Assembly: GCA_002245135.1 (NCBI GenBank) | Contig: NGBS01000586.1 | Location: 186,001 to 250,000, forward strand | Direction of reading: 5' to 3' | DNA from: Proteromonas lacertae | Lineage: Eukaryota | Length of the DNA: 64,000 nucleotides | Part shown: piece after piece, positions 41,523-51,997 of the stretch | Numbering within the stretch: position 1 is the stretch's first letter | Layout: every line of letters starts with the position of its first letter | Notes under the pieces: generated by a model | The model's input: the letters and a program-made list of their open reading frames with translations, nothing else | Database searches by the model: none | Told to the model about the DNA's origin: nothing | Program-made: the position numbers and the translations under genes

Positions 41523-43092
41523 TCAAACTAGACTCTTTGGTACTTTTCTAAACAACACATCATAAATATTTTGTTTAATTCCTTCAGAATAAGGATATTT
41601 ATTATCAAAACTTGCCAAATACTCATGAGTAGTTTGATTCATTATAACCAAATTCGTATGAAAATAAACTAACTGTGAAACTGGATATATAAAGAATAAA
41701 ACTCCAATCATATAGATCAGATATATTATTGTCCTTAACAATGTATATCCAACCTTCTTACCCAATGAATAATCAGGATTTTCATCAGCAATATCTAATC
41801 CATTTTGTATGATGAAATGAATGAATTGAATCGTATGGATCATTAATAACAAAAATGTGCTAATCTAAAATATGTTTAAAAATATTATACTAGAAATGCA
41901 TAGAAATATCTATAATTCTTCAACCCAATACAGTTAGAAACCCAAGGGCAATGATGATCAAATCGTAATATACAAACATCACAGGTTCGACAATGAAATG
42001 AACGAGGAGGTGGGAAAATGTTACATTTTTTACACCTTTTTACAATTTTCTATTATATATTAATATAATATATATATATATATATACAACTTCTCCATTA
42101 CATAATATGATTCTTTTATTGGATATTAAGGCATTATCAATTAATGGCAATCTTCCTTTACTTATACCAGCATCACATCCAACAACACGTGTAAATTCAT
42201 CATCAATTCTATCTCTTATATCCTATATATATATACTTAAAATATATAACAAAATAATAATAATTACGTTGATTGGTAAATTAATATCAAATGGATATTC
42301 TTCTTCTCCAGTTAGTGTTGTTTCTTTCAAATGATTCATTATTACATCCATTATTGTTTTATTCTTATTTATTTTTGTATAATGTAACGGATATAATAAA
42401 AAATCATCTCTTTTGAAGATTAGTGGATATTGTGCAAGTATTATTTTTACACACTATTAATATATAAATATAATAATATTAATATAATATTATATACTTC
42501 TATATTGCCTTTAATAACAGCCAAATGTAAAGGTGTCCTTCCATCTTCTTCAGTTTCATTTATATCACATTTATTATTGGATAAATATTGTGATAATGCA
42601 CTTACATCTTCATAGGCTATTAATTTCCTGATTTGTCTTATATTTGCTGAAATCATTACTGATGATGATTCTTGTTGTTGTAAAGGTTGAGGAGCTTCTG
42701 ATTGTACGATGTTCAATAACTCGACTTCTTTCTGTGGTGGGATAATTCCTGGTTCAGTGTTAGTCGTCAAGGCTAAAAATACAAATGTTCTATAATAATG
42801 AGTTTAAAATAAAATGATACATTACATAAATGATGTTTGTAAATATTACATACACAGGAGATACTTTATGCCTACAAATGCAATAGGTTTCTTTAATAAT
42901 ACCATAAATCATAAGCCAATAATGCATCATATACAATCAATGAAAATGCAATCTAATATAATTAGTAGAAAAGTAATATACTCCCACAACAACATAAAGT
43001 ACGTAATCTTCACTCTTGTTATCAACTCTTAGACACAAGCCATGATACCTGGGTTTGAAATTACCATAAGTTTTATTTCTATATTTAACCAT
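41523..43092 (-). CDS. DHHC palmitoyltransferase with an ankyrin-repeat insertion in the cytosolic loop
   Basis: TEPGIIP, then [16 protein letters not shown], then [56 protein letters not shown]. Confidence 0.9.
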
Positions 43093-43233
43093 ATTGTATA
43101 ACCTCCTAGAAGTCGTGTATGAACATATCAAAATTTTGTATTAAAAAAATATATTCGTTTTGAAAAGGTTGAAATTTTTTGTTTCATCATTAGCATATAA
43201 AAAACAAATAAAAAAACTCATAATAAATCCACT

Positions 43234-45315
43234 TTATTCAGTTTTAGCTTTTAAATTTCTTTCATAAGGATCATCCAAGATATTTTGAATTCTTCTCTTT
43301 CTCTTCTTCTCCTTATAATCAGCAGCAAAATCATCCCAACTTTTATAACCTGGTGGTAACTTTGGTCTCTTCTTCTTCTGAGTAGGTTTCTGTAATTGAT
43401 TTAAATCCATGAAATATGCCAATTGTCTACCTTCTTTATCACTTGGAGTGAATCTACTATCAGCACCACTACCTTCAAAGCTACCTGTCTTCTTATTAAA
43501 CCCAGCTACTGATTTATAATTTGCATCATTCTCATTGATTGTGCTTTGCTTTTGTAATTCTCTTTGCACTTCTCTCATTTGTTCATCTAAATCAGGCAAT
43601 TCATCTTCTCCTCCTCCTTCTTCTCCTCCTTCTGCATTTCCACCTAATACATCATATTCAACGTAATCTTCTGGTACTTCCCATTGTGTTTGACCTGTTT
43701 CTTTATTGTAGTAATATGGCACTTGTGTTGATGGATCAATTACTTTCATCCATTTGACTCCTTTATTTTCATCGATTTTGTTGAGTGTATTTTGAAAATT
43801 AGAGACTGCTCCACTATAATAAAGTGATTGGTAATAATTAGACGTAGCTGCAGCTGCTAATAATGGATTGGATAACTAAATATTTATAAAAAAATAATAA
43901 TAAAAAAATAATATATATACTGTTTGTTGTGGGTTTAATGGATTAATAATAACAGATTGTTGAGTTATATTATGAGTCTATTTAAATAAATAAATATATA
44001 ATATATACAATAATATGTTGAAATGGACATTTATCACCTTTAGAACAATGTCCTTGTAAGAAATCAAAACATGGTTTATCTATCTTTACTATATTCTCCT
44101 CTTCATTATTATTATTATTAGAGAGTAATAAACTATCAATTTTCCCTTCATCACTACATATTCCACATCTTGCAAAATCATAAGCTATTCTAGGTAAATT
44201 ACTATTCTCATCTTGATCATTTAATATCTTCTTTATTACCACTAAACCTGATAATACATAACCAACACATACACTGTTATTGTGAATGTCTTCATGATAA
44301 GTGGAAGTGATTAAAAATTGAGATCCATTTGTGTTTTTACCATTATTCACCATATAGACTAATCCATCTTTTTCACTAGTTTCTTTGCCAATATTTTCAT
44401 CAATAAATAATTCACCATAAATTGAATCATTTATATTCAAATTTTGATTGCTTAAATCTCCACCATATACTCCAATATCTTTCTTTATATAATGAATGGA
44501 GGTTGTAACATAACTTAAGTTGTATCCTTGTACACCAATACCGTCTTCACCACTACAGAGACGAAGGAAATTATATGCTGCGACTGGACAATTTTCTCCA
44601 TATAATTCAATAACTATTCTTCCACCGGGTTTACCTGCAAAATTCATATCCATAAATACACGTGGTCTGGGATGTTCTATTTAATAATATATATTAGTAT
44701 GTCATATATTAGAAAGTAACTATCTAATTTTGAATCTCTTTTTAATGAATAATGTATTAAGAATATAGTTTAGAATAATATTAGAAACTAGATAGATAAT
44801 AGATAGAAGAAATTATAAAATACTTGAGCAATATTTCTTAGCTAAATCATAACGGAATGACCTAAATATTAATAAATTAATAGAATTTATACAACGTATT
44901 TGTTATTGTAGATTGTAATTCTTTTGGAGGCTCCCACTGTGTTGTGTTTGTTTGAGTATTCAAATAATACAGCTTTCCTGTGGAAGGATCTGTTAATACT
45001 TTCCATATTTCTCTATAATAATTATAATTCTATTATCTATACTCTGAACTTTCTTCTACTGCTTCCGTTCTATCAGCAGGATAGACATTGAAGTATTTAC
45101 ATGAAGAAGTGTGCTTCTATAAAAATAATATTGCAATTAATTTATACCTCTGTATATAGAAAAATATTACACTCTTTACATCTCCACCAAACACTATCTT
45201 TCTCTAAATCATCAGTATTTACGATTTCTTTTATATCTTTTATGGACAAAGGATCCACATATTGAAATTCTTGTATTTCAGATAATTTTATCTCTTCTTT
45301 ATTCTCAGAACTCAT
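43234..45315 (-). CDS. Multidomain Zn-knuckle-like/WW/cyclophilin-like/CCCH/WW protein
   Basis: Six introns join WRCKEC...KH..SC, WW (WKVLTDPSTGKLYYLNTQTNTTQWEPP), cyclophilin (RVFMD...GRIVIELY, NTNGSQFLIT), CCCH (CFDFLQGHCSKGDKCPFQH) and a second WW. Confidence 0.8.
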
Positions 45316-45444
45316 GCAAAAGTAAAATGAAAAATAAACAAAATTGATTGGTTTAAAAATCAAACAAAAGGCTTGATCAAAATGAATTTTGATTAAATAC
45401 TCATTTCACAATGAAAAACATTATATAAAAATAATAAATTTAAA

Positions 45445-45831
45445 TTAAGCCCAGTCTTTTGCCATTGATAAACCTCTAGCATTCAACTCTTGTTCCCATT
45501 GAACCATATCTTCATCATATAATGCTTTTAATTTACGATTTCTTGTTGCTTTTATATCTTTATTTGTAAATTCTACTTCCTCATCTAATTCTCTCTGTTC
45601 TCTAACATAATATTGCCTTGGTTTGAATGCTGTGGCTTTTGCTGTCCAATTTGTTAAATTTCGGAATTGCATTTCTCTATAGTAATGTTATAAATAAAAT
45701 GTGAATTACTCCTTCTGTTGCTGTATCATTTGAAAGTACATTTCATCATTCTATTTAATATGTATAAATGATAATACTTTTATTCTGTTTATTAAATTAC
45801 CACCTGCTTCTTTACTGTATAACTTTGGCAT
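45445..45831 (-). CDS. CFAP141: CFAP141 (C1orf189)-like ciliary microtubule inner protein, 2 introns
   Basis: ~108 aa helical protein ending RNRKLKALYDEDMVQWEQELNARGLSM, matching the family pattern RxxxLxxLxxxExxxYxxELxxxGxA. Confidence 0.65.
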
Positions 45832-46222
45832 TTTAGCAAAAAAATGAATTAAAAAAATGAAACGCTTTGACAATGTCAATTACATAGAATTACCATTTTA
45901 TTTAAAAATTGATTATTATGCGTTGTAATTATCAAAGTGATAGTAATTCATTCTATTTCACATATTATAACAGATTATTGGATATAGAAATTGTGATATT
46001 TTCAAAATTGAGTTTAAAAACTATAAATATCGGATTTATTGACTATTCTATTCATAAATATAACTATGTCTAATGTTAAAACCCATTCTTACTCATTTCA
46101 TAATTATACATTTGTATTAAGAGTATTGCAATGTATTTTAATAATCTATTTTGAAAAACATGGTGCAAAAAAATGATCGAAAAAAGAAAATTATCGTTTT
46201 GAAATTCTTTAATTGTGAATAA

Positions 46223-49132
46223 ATGGATCAGTTAAGTCCAATAAGTACTAGTTCCTATCCATTCAATGAAGTGATACCTAATGGTGAAATAATTCCAACA
46301 AATCCTTGTCCTACTGGTGAACCATCTCCTTTTATCGAAAGAAGTAAGAAATTAACCAAGAAAGTTGAAAAAGAAGAAATTAAAACAATAGAAGATTATG
46401 ATGAATATCGTCGAAAACCTCGTTTTAGTGTAGGTGATAAAAAACCTGGAAATTACTTTTTAATCCGAATGCAAAAAGCTCATGAACATCATGATAGTCA
46501 AATTGATCATCATTTATGGGAATATGAAAAGAAAGAAGTGAAAAGTAATTTAGTTGGAGTTTCAACCAAAACAATGAGATTTGAAGCAGAATATGAATAT
46601 GTAGAACCTGATCGATCAGTTGTAAATATCGAACTAATCGAGCCAAACCGTAATTTTAGTTCTGGTTTTGCAAAAGATTTAGAAGAAAGAGAAAGTAAAT
46701 ATTTACCATCTTACAGTCCAAAAAGATTATTATCTCCACCTCGTTCTCCTTCATGTACTGTTAATAATAATAATAATAATATAATAACAATCAATTTACA
46801 AAGAACAACTCCCATTCTTCATTACGAACCAATCGAATTATCAGAAAATTTAGATGAAAATCCTCGATTTGCTTCAAAATTAAAACTTAAAAATGATAAT
46901 GAAAATGAAGATAATAATCAATATTCAAATGATAACAATTCTGAATATTCAAATGAAGGAAGTGTAAAAACAGGAGTAATAAAGAAATACAATGGTTGTT
47001 TACCTCAATTGAGTTTAACAATGAAAAAATATATGGAAGATAATAATATAAATCATATTAAATATGAAAGTTTGAAAGTTAATAAAATGAAAGAAAATAT
47101 TAATAAAAAACAACAAACTAAATCACAACCAATATTAGTAACAGAAATTCCAAATTGTGAAAATAATTTATCAACAGAATTAAATGAATCTTATACTGAA
47201 GAATTCGAATTGAAAGAATATCATTATGAAAATAACGACAGTAATATTATTCCTGAATTAAATTCATCTGAATTGAGTAAAGTAGAAATTCCTATTTATC
47301 ATTATGAAGAATGTGAAAAGAAAGAAAATAACAATGAAATAACAACAAATATAGAAATTCCATCAGAAATAATCCATACATTTACTCAATCTAGATCAGC
47401 GTCCATCAATAATAATAATAATAATATATCAAATGAATTTATTCCATCAAATACAGTAGGTGGAATAACTCAAAAAGCGGATGATGAAGAAAATATTGAA
47501 GTTTTACCACCATCTTATGGTTTAACCACCACAACTACCATCTGTAATTCATCTTGTGTATCTCCAATAACAATGAAAAATAATTATTTTAATAATAATA
47601 ATTTCAATTCTAATTCCTCAAGTCGAATATCTTCTTCTTCATCATCATCTTATTCTTCAAATGATTATTCATATTCTTATTCATTAAAACCAAATAAACG
47701 AAATAAAAATAAAAATAAGAAAGTAAAACCAGCTCCAATCTATGTTCAAACAGTAAAACGAATGTTAAAAGCTCAAAAGAAAGTAGTTTCCTTAGATGCA
47801 TTTTATAGAGAAAGAAGTCGTTTAGTAGTGAATATAAAACTACCTCATTGTGATGAATCTTTCAATATTCGATTATTTGAGATTAAAGACTATAATGGAT
47901 TGTTACAATTAATCTATTCTGATAAATTTCCTCAGTATTATTATGCGGAATATGTAAATATGAAAAAAGCTCCAAAATATTGGGTTATTGAAGCTTATCA
48001 ACCAAATAATGAATATGTCGAAATAATTCATAATGAAAGTACATTTAAAACAGCGATAAAACAATATGAATTAATGAAATGGTCTAAATTATATTTACGA
48101 GTCTTATTTAAACATAATGAAAGTAGTATAATAAAAGCTCGATTACCCGAACCTCTTAATTTAGATCCTGATTATCCTCGATATGAAAGACCATTTGATA
48201 GTGAAGTTCAAAATATTTATTTAGATGGAAATAATCTAGATATTCCATTATCTCCTAATTTTAAACAACCAATCATATTACCTCCTAATCATATTCATTA
48301 TCCATATGTAAATGAAGATTATGAAGAAGAAGAAAAAGAAATAAAAGAGGAAGATAATAATATTAGAAATAATAATATAGTAACACAACAATCTTTAATG
48401 GAACAATATTCTTCACCTGAACCACAGTCCAATGAACCAATAAAAGATTATAAATCATTAGATACACTCGATAACACAAATTCATTAGATAATCAATTAC
48501 CAACTACTGATTCTGTTGAGGTTAAAATATCCAGATCACTTTGTGTCACTTTATCTGATATGAATTCGTCATCACAGTATGAAGAAAGCATAGTTCCCGT
48601 TAGTCCACCGAATTTATCGAAATCTACAATTTTATCACCTTCTAAACGATGTAATTCATCTATAAATTATTCTCCACCACCTGCTTATACTCATGGATTT
48701 TCTTCTCAACGTAATGGAGTTCAATCGTCACCTGCGTTAATTCCGAGGACTAGGTATGCAGAATTGTATGAATCTTCAACTATAAAACCTGCTGGTGTTA
48801 GACGTAAGAAATTTAGTAAGACTGTTGGTGTTCCAGCTCCATCAAAGATCCCTGACCCTTTGCCCACTATCAGTGACATGTGTGATTCATTGATTCATAC
48901 AGAACATCCGTACAGTATGTATCAAATGCCGAAAGCAGCTGGTCAAGTATTAATCAGAAACTCACCATTCTCACAATATTCGGCTAAATTACCAGCACCA
49001 TGTGATAGAAAGATCATGGAAAGCATTCAAGATTTTTATTTCTTCAACCACAAACAGAAATTTAAGTATCCTTTCAAACCGAAGAACTTTTTGCCTCCAT
49101 TAACAAGCTTATTATCACCAGCCAAAAAATAG
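46223..49132 (+). CDS. 969-aa mostly low-complexity protein with a central PB1-like globular segment
   Basis: Uninterrupted ORF; segment LVVNIKL...YNGLLQLI...VEIIHNESTFKTAI...LYLRV resembles a PB1 fold. Confidence 0.7.
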   Translation: MDQLSPISTSSYPFNEVIPNGEIIPTNPCPTGEPSPFIERSKKLTKKVEKEEIKTIEDYDEYRRKPRFSVGDKKPGNYFLIRMQKAHEHHDSQIDHHLWEYEKKEVKSNLVGVSTKTMRFEAEYEYVEPDRSVVNIELIEPNRNFSSGFAKDLEERESKYLPSYSPKRLLSPPRSPSCTVNNNNNNIITINLQRTTPILHYEPIELSENLDENPRFASKLKLKNDNENEDNNQYSNDNNSEYSNEGSVKTGVIKKYNGCLPQLSLTMKKYMEDNNINHIKYESLKVNKMKENINKKQQTKSQPILVTEIPNCENNLSTELNESYTEEFELKEYHYENNDSNIIPELNSSELSKVEIPIYHYEECEKKENNNEITTNIEIPSEIIHTFTQSRSASINNNNNNISNEFIPSNTVGGITQKADDEENIEVLPPSYGLTTTTTICNSSCVSPITMKNNYFNNNNFNSNSSSRISSSSSSSYSSNDYSYSYSLKPNKRNKNKNKKVKPAPIYVQTVKRMLKAQKKVVSLDAFYRERSRLVVNIKLPHCDESFNIRLFEIKDYNGLLQLIYSDKFPQYYYAEYVNMKKAPKYWVIEAYQPNNEYVEIIHNESTFKTAIKQYELMKWSKLYLRVLFKHNESSIIKARLPEPLNLDPDYPRYERPFDSEVQNIYLDGNNLDIPLSPNFKQPIILPPNHIHYPYVNEDYEEEEKEIKEEDNNIRNNNIVTQQSLMEQYSSPEPQSNEPIKDYKSLDTLDNTNSLDNQLPTTDSVEVKISRSLCVTLSDMNSSSQYEESIVPVSPPNLSKSTILSPSKRCNSSINYSPPPAYTHGFSSQRNGVQSSPALIPRTRYAELYESSTIKPAGVRRKKFSKTVGVPAPSKIPDPLPTISDMCDSLIHTEHPYSMYQMPKAAGQVLIRNSPFSQYSAKLPAPCDRKIMESIQDFYFFNHKQKFKYPFKPKNFLPPLTSLLSPAKK

Positions 49133-49369
49133 ATAGCATGTGTGAGGTAAATTATAATTTTAATTTAACCTCAATTTATTTCTTAATAATGACTATTTGT
49201 GATTTTTATTTATCATAAATAGCTTGAATGCAATATACAATTGATATTTAGTTCTTTATAAGAATTTTAGCTTTTAAAATAGTCTATGTGTGATTCTATT
49301 TTAAGTCAAACCATTTTCAAAAAGCTTGAAAAGTCACACTTTCTTTTTCTATTTATTTCTACTGACTGG

Positions 49370-51787
49370 ATGAGTTCTCCAGGAAATACCCCATTTAATG
49401 ATATGAATACAATAGATACAACTAATAGTTTTGGTTCTCCAATTTTAGTAGGTAATAATAATGCAAACATGTCTTTTAGTCTTGGTACGCCTACTTTAGA
49501 CTACACTACCCAATTGCCATTTGGAAGCTCACCATTAATGACTTCAGATTTTTCTTTAAACCCTCCAATGATATCACCGCATGGATCACCCTTAATGAAA
49601 CATACTTTACCTGACAAAGCACCAATACCGGTAAGTGTCGATATGATGACACAATCGCATATGAACCCAGAATTTAACGAAAACTACTTGAGGGAGTTAA
49701 TAAACCACGTTTTTGTTTGTCCAGAAATACGCTGTGCACATCCAGAATGTAATAATACCAAATTTAAATTATATCACTGTACTATGTGTAATATAAATCC
49801 CTCCGTGAATTGTGAAGCTTGTACATTCATTCATCATATGATAGAAGCGCATACAAAGCTGTGTAGCAATCCAAACTGCAGAATACCAGCATTTGAATCA
49901 ATTAAGAATTTATATGCTAAATCAGCTATAAAAGATAGAAAATATGAACAGCATATGTTATGTAATTTACCATCTCATTCACAATCATCTCCACAAATGA
50001 TGCAACAACAACAAATGCAAGATCCAATGAAATACTCAGCTTTAGTTCCTCCACCACAGACAATCAACGAAGTAAGTACGATCGCATTAAAACGACAAAT
50101 GGAAAATGGCACAATTATAGATGGAAATGAAAACAAGAAATTGAAATCTAATAGCATGAACAACGGTATAATGGATACATTACAAGGAAATGGAATGAAT
50201 AATAACAACAGCAATTCAACAGGAGCAACATGGGTAGAATCAGATATGAGAAGGAAAAAGCAAACACCTAAAAAAACTCATTCCAATCCAGCAGTTATTC
50301 CAGCACATTGGATAAAATGTACAATCTGTGGAAAAACAAGGAAAATCCCCAATACGTTAGATCCAGTAAGAATACCTCATTTTACCTGTGAATTAAACAT
50401 ATGGGACCCACCTTATAGTAATTGTAATGTAGGTGAAGAAATGAATAAAAATAATGCAACTATAGATTTACAAGGTAATTATGTAGAGTATGAACAAGAG
50501 AAAGAAGACTTTATGGAGAAATTGAAACAATTTCATCGCGATATGGGTACAGGTACTGTCTTAAGAACTCCAACATTAGGCAGAAAGGAAGTTGATTTAT
50601 ATCGATTATTTCGAGAAGTTACTGCAAATGGTGGATCAAGTTCAGTAGTTTCAAAAGAAGGTACTTGGGCTAAGATCTATCGAGGATTGGAGAATTTCTC
50701 TCCTACAGAAACCAGTGCTTCGTTTAGACTAAAGAAAATGTATAATAAATATTTATTACCATATGAACATCATTTGTTTCACTTTGATGATCCAAGAGGA
50801 AGTGGTGGAAGTGGTATAAATAATAGTGGTGAAGGAAATAAAGGCAAACGAGGAATGATGAATAGTTCAAATATGTCTAATAGAATGAATATTCCTTATC
50901 CATTACCTCCGAATAATAGAATAATGAATGATCAAAATTATATGAAACAGAATATGAAATTGCCAATGATTAATAATACTAAAATATATGGAAATAATAA
51001 TAATAACTCCAACAATTATCAGAATAATAATAAAGTGATTAATAATTTAAATTCTACAACAGCATCAGCAACTGCGTCATCATTGTCTTCTTCTTCATCA
51101 TCATCTTCAAATACAGCTAATACAGCTAATACACCAAATACAGCTTCATCATTACCAACCAATAGTAATAATATTATGGTGATCGAAAAATATTGGGTAT
51201 GCGAACAATGTGGGTTTCGAAACAATGAGAATTTGAAATATTGTAATCATTGTCAAGTGAGTAAATCACAAATGCAACAGAATCAAATTAATAAAGGAAT
51301 AGTATCAATGATGAAACAACAACAACAACAAATACTACATCATCATCCCAATAGCAACAACAACAGCAATATTGCATCTGTAAATAATAGTCATAATAAT
51401 AGCCAACAACAACAACAACAACATCCTCCACCACCTGCACCTCCTTCACTATCTCTCAACCAATCATTATCCTTAAATCCATCATCCGCTTCATCTTCAG
51501 CAGTATCAATACCAACAACAGTTGTACCATCATCATCATCTTCTTCATCTTCATTGCCAATGACAATTTCTTCCTCTAATTCAATAGCTACTAACTCTTT
51601 GAATAATATGGCTACTTCATCTTCAACAGCTAGTGTATCAGCTACTCAAATGAAGCAGAATCAACAATTGAAACAGCAACAAAATCAAATCAAACCTAAC
51701 TCCTCTGTTAATCCAGCAATTCAAAAGAAAAATGATTCAATTCCAATACCAATAAATCATCCAATTAGTAATAATAAAACTCAATAA
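49370..51787 (+). CDS. Chromatin protein: TAZ zinc finger + CW zinc finger + ARID + RanBP2-type zinc finger, Q/N/S-rich
   Basis: HVFVC...CAHPEC...HC...HTKLC..PNC; WIKCTICGKTRKI...FTCELNIW; DLYRLFREVTANGG...WAKI...LKKMYNKYLLPYE; WVCEQCGFRN...CNHC. The ORF track allows an upstream ATG at 49286. Confidence 0.85.
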   Translation: MSSPGNTPFNDMNTIDTTNSFGSPILVGNNNANMSFSLGTPTLDYTTQLPFGSSPLMTSDFSLNPPMISPHGSPLMKHTLPDKAPIPVSVDMMTQSHMNPEFNENYLRELINHVFVCPEIRCAHPECNNTKFKLYHCTMCNINPSVNCEACTFIHHMIEAHTKLCSNPNCRIPAFESIKNLYAKSAIKDRKYEQHMLCNLPSHSQSSPQMMQQQQMQDPMKYSALVPPPQTINEVSTIALKRQMENGTIIDGNENKKLKSNSMNNGIMDTLQGNGMNNNNSNSTGATWVESDMRRKKQTPKKTHSNPAVIPAHWIKCTICGKTRKIPNTLDPVRIPHFTCELNIWDPPYSNCNVGEEMNKNNATIDLQGNYVEYEQEKEDFMEKLKQFHRDMGTGTVLRTPTLGRKEVDLYRLFREVTANGGSSSVVSKEGTWAKIYRGLENFSPTETSASFRLKKMYNKYLLPYEHHLFHFDDPRGSGGSGINNSGEGNKGKRGMMNSSNMSNRMNIPYPLPPNNRIMNDQNYMKQNMKLPMINNTKIYGNNNNNSNNYQNNNKVINNLNSTTASATASSLSSSSSSSSNTANTANTPNTASSLPTNSNNIMVIEKYWVCEQCGFRNNENLKYCNHCQVSKSQMQQNQINKGIVSMMKQQQQQILHHHPNSNNNSNIASVNNSHNNSQQQQQQHPPPPAPPSLSLNQSLSLNPSSASSSAVSIPTTVVPSSSSSSSSLPMTISSSNSIATNSLNNMATSSSTASVSATQMKQNQQLKQQQNQIKPNSSVNPAIQKKNDSIPIPINHPISNNKTQ

Positions 51788-51997
51788 AAACCCTTTTTTT
51801 ATATTTTATGATTGTAATTGATAAAATGTTGTTTTTAATTATGGTTTTATATTTTGAAAATTATATCTGTTAAATTTTTCAAATTCGTTATTCCAAACTA
51901 TAAGCTTGATTTGATATTTTATCAAGCCTAATTGAAATTAAAAAATTCATTTTCCTGCTAAATAAAGGGTTTAAAATAATATAAATAGTGTAAAACT

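Noticed and set aside
49066..49121. U12-type-looking intron: GTATCCTTT donor, CCATTAAC branch-like site, CAG acceptor
   Set aside because: It lies in an open, coding-like frame 11 nt before a normal stop, and splicing would extend the frame into UTR-like AT-rich sequence. Probably chance; RNA-seq would settle it.
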